A stretch of DNA of 64,000 nucleotides from Terriglobia bacterium (lineage in GTDB: Bacteria; Acidobacteriota; Terriglobia; Acidiferrales; UBA7541). Under the pieces are notes generated by a model that was given only the letters and a program-made list of their open reading frames with translations, was not told where the DNA came from and searched no databases. The stretch's first letter is position 1. Each line of letters starts with the position of its first letter. The stretch spans positions 1,568,001 through 1,632,000 of the forward strand of contig OY968796.1 of assembly GCA_963695545.1 (NCBI GenBank). Reading direction: 5' to 3'. The translations under genes and the position numbers were made by a program. Below are positions 57,451-64,000 of this stretch, piece after piece.

Positions 57451-57526
57451 TGGGGCGTGGTCCAATCGGTAGGACACCGCACTGTTAATGCGGATGGTGG
57501 AGGTTCGAGTCCTCCCGCCCCAGCCA
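57451..57526 (+). tRNA. tRNA-Asn (GTT)
   Basis: Acceptor TGGGGCG/CGCCCCA, anticodon arm CCGCA-CTGTTAA-TGCGG, GGTTCGAGTCC, GCCA end. Confidence 0.93.
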
Positions 57527-57587
57527 TTGTTTTCTTCCCCGCGGTCCACCCAAGGCAGGCATGGCGCTCGGCGCGGCCCAGGGCTCC

Positions 57588-57965
57588 TTAAGGTTTCTTG
57601 ATTGGGAAACCCGCCTCGTTCCAACCGCGCCAGCCGCCATCCATGGAAATCACGTTGATGTAGCCCATTTTTTGAAGATTGTCGGCGGCGAGGGCTGAGC
57701 GAAATCCTCCGCCGCAGTAGAGCACGAGCGTCGCAGCGCGATCCGGCACGGCCGCCTCGATGTCCCGTTCGATGATGCCGCGGCCCATGTGCACGGCGCC
57801 GGGAATGTGGCCGCGCTCCCATTCGTTGTCCTCACGCACGTCGACCAGCATGAATTTTTCGCCCGCGTCCATGCGGCGCTTCACTTCCGGGACGTCCCAC
57901 TCCTTGACGCGCTCTTTCGCGTCGGCCGTGAGTTTCAGAAAACCTTCGCCGTGCTGATGCGCCAT
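57588..57965 (-). CDS. Rhodanese-like protein
   Basis: DVREDNEW..GHIPGA, YCGGGFRS. Confidence 0.92.
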   Translation of the reverse strand: MAHQHGEGFLKLTADAKERVKEWDVPEVKRRMDAGEKFMLVDVREDNEWERGHIPGAVHMGRGIIERDIEAAVPDRAATLVLYCGGGFRSALAADNLQKMGYINVISMDGGWRGWNEAGFPIKKP

Positions 57966-57986
57966 TTTCCCCTCCGTGTTTCGGCG

Positions 57987-60595
57987 TTAGCTCATGTCGC
58001 GCCAATTCGCTCCGGCTTTCAGATCCACGAGGAGCGGCACCGAGAGCGGATGCGCTTGCTCCATCGCATTTTTCACCAGCGGACGCAGCCGGTCGAGTTC
58101 GTCACCGGGCGATTCAAACAGCAGTTCGTCGTGAACTTGCAAAATCATGCGCGCGCGGAATCCGCCTTCAGCGAGTTCGCGATGAATGCGGATCATGGCG
58201 ATCTTGATCAGGTCGGCGGCCGTGCCTTGCAGCGGAGTGTTCATCGCCGTACGCTCGGCGAAACTTCGCATGTTAGGCTGCGCGGAAGAGATTTCCGGAA
58301 TCGGCCGGGTTCGGCCGAAGATCGTGCGCGAGACGCCGGTACGCCGCGTTCCCGCGAGCAGACCATCCAGATAATTTTTCACGCCGCTATAGCGCGCGAA
58401 ATATGCGGCGATGAATTGCGCCGCTTCTTTTTGGCCGATGCCGAGTTGTTGCGCGAGGCCAAAGGCCGAGAGTCCATAGATGATGCCGAAGTTGATGATT
58501 TTGGCGGCGCGGCGATGTTCGGCGGTTTGCGCCATCGGTCCGACGCCAAAGACTTCTTCAGCCGTGCGCGAATGAATGTCTTGCCCGGAGCGGAAGGCTT
58601 CGCTCAGCACCGGATCCGCGGAGCAATGCGCCAGGATGCGCAACTCGATTTGCGAATAATCGGCGGAGAGCAGCGTCCACCCCGGCTCGGCGGTGAATGC
58701 GGCGCGAATCTGCCGGCCCAGCTCGGTGCGCACCGGGATGTTTTGCAGATTGGGATCGGAGGAGCTGAGCCGGCCGGTGGCCGTGCCGGTTTGGTTGAAG
58801 CTGGTGTGCACGCGGCCCGTGGCCGGATCGACCAATTTCGGCAGCGTGTCGGCGTAGGTGGATTTCAATTTCGCGAGTTCGCGATAATCGAGCACCAGGC
58901 GCGGCAGCTCGTGCAGCAGCGCCAGCTCTTCCAGAATTTCCGCGGCGGTCGAGCGGGCTTTCGCACGGCCGCGGCGCGCCGCGGGCTGAAGATTCATTTT
59001 GTCGAAAAGAATTTCGGCGAGCTGCATGGGCGAATTGACGTTGAACTCGGAGCCGGCTAATTCCCAGATTTTGCTTTCGAGCGCGCGAATCTCGCGCTCC
59101 ATTTCCGTGGACATGGCTTCGAGAGCTCGCGGATCGACGTGAATGCCGATTCGCTCCATCGTGGCGAGCACCGGAGCCAGCGGCAAATCGATCGTTCGGT
59201 AGAGTTCGGTGAGGCCGGCGCGCTCGACTTCGTCGGCGAGCATCGGCGCCAAGAGCTGCAATTGATCGGCACGTTCGCCCGGCGCGCCCGGCAGCGTGAC
59301 GTTGCGATGGCGCAGGACCACGTCGGCCAGATCGTGTTTCGCCGTGGTGGGGCGCAGCAGATAGGAATAGAGCATGGTCGCGTGGCGGATTCCGGACACG
59401 GGTCCGGCGAGCAGCTCGATGAGTTTCGGATCGTGCACGATTTTCGGGCGCGCGGAATCGGCGAGGAAAGGCGCGAACGCGCGGCGCACTTCGCCGGCTT
59501 CATCCCACCATGTGGCGCGCGATACGCCCGGAGCGGGCGAAAGCTCCACGGCGGCGATGCGCGTGCCGAAGCCTTCGGCATCGCGTTCCCCGGGCGCGAG
59601 CTCGAGCCACACCGCGATTTCATTTTCTTTCGGCACGCCTGCGAGAAAATTTCCGATCGCGCCAGTCGAATCCAGGCGCTCGCTGTCGAGCGTGGCTGAC
59701 GCGGAGGTCACCGACGCGGGCAATTCCTTGAGCAGTGACGTGAAGCCCAGTTCGGTGTAAAGCTCGCGCAAGGCGTTGGCATCGGGCTCGCGGCGCGTCG
59801 AGCTCGCTCGAGCGAGAGTTCCACGGGCGCGTCGGTCGCGATTTGCGCGAGTTGCTTCGAGAGCATCACTTGTTCTCGGCCATTTTGGAGCGCTTCGCGG
59901 TAGCGTTTGTTTTCAACTTTGGCGGCGGCGTCGAGCGCGGCTTCCGCCGAACCGAATCGGCGAATAATTTCGCGCGCGCCTTTTTCGCCGATGCCCTTGG
60001 CGCCGGGAATGTTGTCGATCGAATCGCCCATTAGCGCCATCACGTCGACAACTTTTTCGGGCGGTACGCCCATCAATTCTTCCACTTTCGCTTCATCAAC
60101 GACGACGTCCGGCTTGGCCGCGCCCGATCCGGGGCGCAGCACGCGCACACGTCCGCCGACAAGTTGCATCATGTCTTTGTCGCTGGTGACGATGGTGACG
60201 TCGAGTATGCGTTTCTCGGCTTGATGCGCGAGCGCGCCGATGATGTCGTCGGCTTCGTAGCCTGGAGCTTCGAGCACGGCCAGGCGCATGGCTTCGCAAA
60301 CTTTTCGCACGTAAGGCAATTGCACGGCGAGATCTTCGGGCATTGCGGGGCGCTGCGCTTTATATTCGGCGAAAAGTTTGTCGCGAAACGTCGGCCCGGC
60401 GACGTCAAAGGCCACGCCGATGTAGTCCGGCTCGTACTCTTTGATCAAGCGGCGCAGCATCGTGGAAAAAAGATAAGGAACTTTCGTCGGCAGCCCGGCC
60501 GCGTTGCGCAGCCGGTCCATCGGCGCGAAGAACGCGCGGAAGACGTAGCCCATCGCGTCGATCAGGAAAAGCTTCTTGGCGGGCTTTGCGGCCAT
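57987..60595 (-). CDS. polA: DNA polymerase I, frameshifted near 59795-59812
   Basis: 5'-3' exonuclease (59708-60595: EADD, DKD, GDSIDNIPG) and polymerase (57987-59771: TGRLSS, DYSQIELR, QVHDEL) in different frames. Confidence 0.93.
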
Positions 60596-60718
60596 GCGCG
60601 GCAGTATAGCAAACGCTCGAACTGCGGCCTCTGCATGGGGCTGACGCCGCTGCGCCTCTTACCGGGTATGTTAAGGTACATAATCTAACCTGCGCGTATC
60701 GCTCGGCGTGGTTTGACT

Positions 60719-62692
60719 ATGCCCACTTTCCGCAAGATCCCGAAGGCTGAAGAGGAGGAGAAGCCTCCCACGATCGCGGATATTTTCGGGCCGAGCGGAT
60801 TGCTTGAGCGTTGCCTGGGCGCGGGCTACGAGCATCGCCGCTCGCAACTGGAAATGGCGGAAATTGTCGAAGAAGCGTTTCAAAACAAGCGCCACGCACT
60901 GGTGGAAGCGGGAACGGGCACCGGGAAAACGCTCGCGTATTTGCTTCCCGCGATTCGCAGCGGGCGGCGCGTAGTGGTTTCTACCGCGACAAAATCTCTG
61001 CAAGAGCAGTTGTTCACCAAAGACGTTCCGTTCCTGCAGAAACATTTCGCGCCGGAGCTGAAAGTCGCCGTGATGAAAGGGCGCGGGAATTTTCTATGCC
61101 GGCAAAAGTTGTACGACATGGCCGATCAGCCCGTGCTAAAGGGCTTAGATGAAGTGGATTGGTTCGCGCAGATGCGCGATTGGGAAAAAGTGACGGAGAC
61201 CGGCGACCGCGCCGAGCTCACGTTTTTGCCGGACGATGCGAGCATGTGGACGAGACTCGACGCGCGCCGCGACGCCTGCACGGGACAGAAGTGCGCGGAG
61301 TTCAAGCGCTGCTTCGTCACGGCCATGCACCAGCGCGCAGCGGAAGCGGATCTGATCATCGTCAACCATCATCTTTTTTTCGCCGATCTCGCGCTGCGCG
61401 GCGACGATTTCGGCAGCATCCTGCCGGAATACGCCGCGGTGATTTTCGACGAAGCGCACGAGATCGAAGACGTAGCCAGCGAATATTTTGGCCGCGAAGT
61501 ATCAAACTATCGCTTCGAGGAATTGGCGCGCGACGCCGATCTGGCCCTGCGCCTGGCGCAGACCGAAGGGGCCACGCTGCCGCGTCGCGTGGCGCGAATG
61601 CGAGAGAAGGGACGCAGTTTCTTCGAGACGTTTCCCCAGCGCGAAGGACGGTTCGCTTTCGATCCCAAACAGCGCGCGGCGTTTCTCGAACAGAATCGCG
61701 AAGCGTACGACGAATTTCTGGCCGCGGCGAAAGCGCTCGAATCGGAAATCGCCGCGTTGCGCGAGAAGCCCGAGCCGATTCTTCAAATCGCGCGGCGCGC
61801 GGCAGAGTTGCGCAACGAGCTTGTGTTTCTGCTGGAATCCGAAGAGCGCAACTTTGTTTATTGGTATGAGCGGCGCAACAAAGGCATTTTCCTGGCCGCC
61901 ACGCCAATCGACGTAAGCGGAATCCTGCGCGAGCGCCTCTTCGAGCCGTTCGATACGATCGTGCTCACATCCGCCACGCTCGCCGTCGGCGGGCGTTTCG
62001 ATTTCCTGAAGCAGCGGCTCGGAATTCCGGCCGGATCGGTCGAGCGCGTCTTGCCGCCGGAATTCGATTTTCGCGAGCAGGCGCTGCTCTATGTGCCCGA
62101 GCGCTTGCCCGATGTGCGCAACGCGGCGTTTCCGAAGGCGGCCGCCGAAGAAATCGCGCGTTTGCTTGAAATCTCGCAAGGGCGCGCGTTTTGTCTTTTC
62201 ACCAGCTACAGCCAGATGAACGACGTTTGTGCCCGGGTGCGAAATAAAGTCGAGTTTCCGCTTCTCGTTCAAGGCACGGCGCCGCGCTCGACGCTGCTCG
62301 AGCGCTTTCGCATGACGCCCAGCGCGGTGTTGTTTGCGACCTCGAGTTTTTGGCAGGGCGTGGACGTTCCCGGCGCGCAGCTTTCGTGCGTCATCGTCGA
62401 TCGCCTGCCGTTTGCCGTGCCTTCCGATCCGATTGTCGCCGCGCGCGTTCGCGCGCTCGAGGAGGATGGACGCAACGCGTTCGCGGAGTATCAGGTTCCG
62501 GAAGCGGTGCTGGCGCTAAAGCAGGGTTTCGGACGATTGATTCGCTCGCGCAGCGATCGCGGCGTATTGTCGATCCTCGATAACCGCATCCAGCGAATGC
62601 ACTATGGTAGACTTTTCTTAGAATCGCTGCCGGATTACGCCGTTACGCGGGACATCGCAGAAGTGGAACGATTCATGCGAAGCGATTCGTGA
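60719..62692 (+). CDS. DinG/YoaA family Fe-S helicase
   Basis: EAGTGTGKT, DEAH, four Cys, TSATL, QGVDVPG, QGFGRLIR. Confidence 0.93.
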   Translation: MPTFRKIPKAEEEEKPPTIADIFGPSGLLERCLGAGYEHRRSQLEMAEIVEEAFQNKRHALVEAGTGTGKTLAYLLPAIRSGRRVVVSTATKSLQEQLFTKDVPFLQKHFAPELKVAVMKGRGNFLCRQKLYDMADQPVLKGLDEVDWFAQMRDWEKVTETGDRAELTFLPDDASMWTRLDARRDACTGQKCAEFKRCFVTAMHQRAAEADLIIVNHHLFFADLALRGDDFGSILPEYAAVIFDEAHEIEDVASEYFGREVSNYRFEELARDADLALRLAQTEGATLPRRVARMREKGRSFFETFPQREGRFAFDPKQRAAFLEQNREAYDEFLAAAKALESEIAALREKPEPILQIARRAAELRNELVFLLESEERNFVYWYERRNKGIFLAATPIDVSGILRERLFEPFDTIVLTSATLAVGGRFDFLKQRLGIPAGSVERVLPPEFDFREQALLYVPERLPDVRNAAFPKAAAEEIARLLEISQGRAFCLFTSYSQMNDVCARVRNKVEFPLLVQGTAPRSTLLERFRMTPSAVLFATSSFWQGVDVPGAQLSCVIVDRLPFAVPSDPIVAARVRALEEDGRNAFAEYQVPEAVLALKQGFGRLIRSRSDRGVLSILDNRIQRMHYGRLFLESLPDYAVTRDIAEVERFMRSDS

Positions 62693-62797
62693 GGCAGCCG
62701 GCTTGAAGCGCGGGCCCGGCGGCCAGGCAGTTCCGCCGCAGCGCTTCGAGGGAAGCCAGGCCGCCGAACCGGCAACGCAAGGATTCGAGGAAAGCGA

Positions 62798-63172
62798 ATG
62801 TTTCAAGTGAGCGTCGACGAAACTTTCTCCGCGGGCCACGCGCTGCGCGGCTACAAGGGCAAGTGCGAGAATCCGCATGGGCATAATTACAAGGTGCGCG
62901 TAACCCTGGAAGGCGCGGAACTCGATTCGATCGGTCTACTCGCCGATTTCACGGGCATAAAGCGCGCGCTCCGCGAAATTATCGCCGGAGTGGATCATAA
63001 ATTCCTGAACGATCAGGCGCCCTTCGACGTCATCAACCCTTCAGCGGAAAATATCGCCAAGTATTTTTACGACGAGACCGCCGGGCAGGTGCGCGATCTG
63101 GGCTCCGGCGCGCGCATCTCGAGCATTACGGTTTGGGAGACCGACACAACCGCGGCCACTTATTGGCCGTAG
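62798..63172 (+). CDS. queD: 6-carboxytetrahydropterin synthase
   Basis: CENPHGHNY, DH.FLND, PSAENIA, WET. Confidence 0.93.
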   Translation: MFQVSVDETFSAGHALRGYKGKCENPHGHNYKVRVTLEGAELDSIGLLADFTGIKRALREIIAGVDHKFLNDQAPFDVINPSAENIAKYFYDETAGQVRDLGSGARISSITVWETDTTAATYWP

Positions 63173-63184
63173 TTGCTCGCCGCC

Positions 63185-63373
63185 ATGAATCGCGCTTACC
63201 TTCTCGTGTTTATTCCGGCAATTTTGGCGGGCGCCGCGTACGTTTTCGTATTTCGATACGCGGGGATTCCGCTGCACCCTTTTCCGCTGGTGATGGGGGT
63301 AGTTGGATTTTTGGCGGCGATCGCGCTGGTGCGTGCGTACGACCGGCGCAAGAAGCGCGCGCGAGGGCAATGA
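63185..63373 (+). CDS. Small two-TM membrane protein
   Basis: Two hydrophobic segments, basic tail, ATGA overlap with queE. Confidence 0.6.
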   Translation: MNRAYLLVFIPAILAGAAYVFVFRYAGIPLHPFPLVMGVVGFLAAIALVRAYDRRKKRARGQ

Positions 63374-64000
63374 ACGTGGTGGTCAGCGAAATTTTCCGCT
63401 CGATTCAAGGCGAGAGCACCTTCGTGGGCTTGCCGTGCATCTTCGTGCGCCTGACGGGCTGCAATCTGCGCTGCGCGTGGTGCGACACGGCGTATGCGTT
63501 CTACGGCGGCGAGCGGCAGAGCGTGGAAGAAATTCTGGAACGTGTTCGCGTTCTCGCGCATCCTCAAGATGCCGGCGGCGCAAACGGATCGCCTGAAATT
63601 CCACTGGTCGAACTGACGGGTGGCGAGCCCTTGCTACAGCCGGAAGTCGTGGTGCTGGCGGAGCGATTGGTGGCCGCGGGCTACACGGTGCTCGCGGAAA
63701 CCAGCGGCGAGCGGCCGATCGATTTACTGCCGCGCGACGTGGTGAAGATTATGGACGTGAAGTGCCCGGATTCCGGCGAGTTCGGAACATTCCGCGAGGC
63801 GAATCTGGATGCGCTTGGCCCAAAGGACGAAGTGAAATTCGTAGTCGCCAGCCGGCGCGATTACGAATTCGCGCGCGATTTCACGCGGCAGCACAATTTG
63901 AGCGGCCGCGTGCGACAGGTACTATTTTCGCCGGTACACGCCGATCCGGCGGGCACTTGGCCTGGACTGGATGCGCGCGAGCTTGCCGATTGGATTTTGG
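63370..64000 (+). CDS. queE: 7-carboxy-7-deazaguanine synthase, truncated by the window end
   Basis: EIFRSIQGE, GCNLRCAWCDT radical SAM motif, TGGEP. Confidence 0.93.
   Translation, partial: MNVVVSEIFRSIQGESTFVGLPCIFVRLTGCNLRCAWCDTAYAFYGGERQSVEEILERVRVLAHPQDAGGANGSPEIPLVELTGGEPLLQPEVVVLAERLVAAGYTVLAETSGERPIDLLPRDVVKIMDVKCPDSGEFGTFREANLDALGPKDEVKFVVASRRDYEFARDFTRQHNLSGRVRQVLFSPVHADPAGTWPGLDARELADWIL

Noticed and set aside
62798..64000. queD/queE as a 7-deazaguanine DNA-modification (dpd) system
   Set aside because: Host-like composition and no dpdA or related genes in view; ordinary queuosine synthesis is sufficient

Overview
GC-rich bacterial chromosome segment, most consistent with Acidobacteriota (tandem Acidobacteria-type VWA proteins, 16S rRNA; the taxonomy needs a 16S search to confirm). 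Mostly housekeeping genes: rel, ridA, 2-oxoacid:ferredoxin oxidoreductase alpha/beta, leuA/leuB with a divergent LysR, mtnA, uvrA, a frameshifted polA, a DinG/YoaA helicase, queD/queE, tRNA-Ile and tRNA-Asn. The most notable items are: (1) a 12-kb minus-strand lipid cluster (dead-HAD/fatty acyl reductase fusion, second reductase, pyruvyltransferase-like protein, two acyl ligases, enoyl-CoA hydratase, ACP, lipid kinase, acyltransferase) resembling a split ElbD-type ether-lipid pathway; (2) a compositionally foreign, translationally coupled three-gene operon (PD-(D/E)XK nuclease, winged-helix protein, AAA+ ATPase) that is a candidate unnamed defence system; (3) a 54-bp duplicate of the mtnA 3' end differing only at synonymous sites; (4) two distant AT-rich intergenic elements sharing a conserved promoter block; (5) a stand-alone 16S rRNA gene with its own terminator; (6) a higB toxin remnant next to an intact higA; (7) a candidate sigma54-driven two-hairpin sRNA. 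All calls come from reading motifs by eye; no searches were run.
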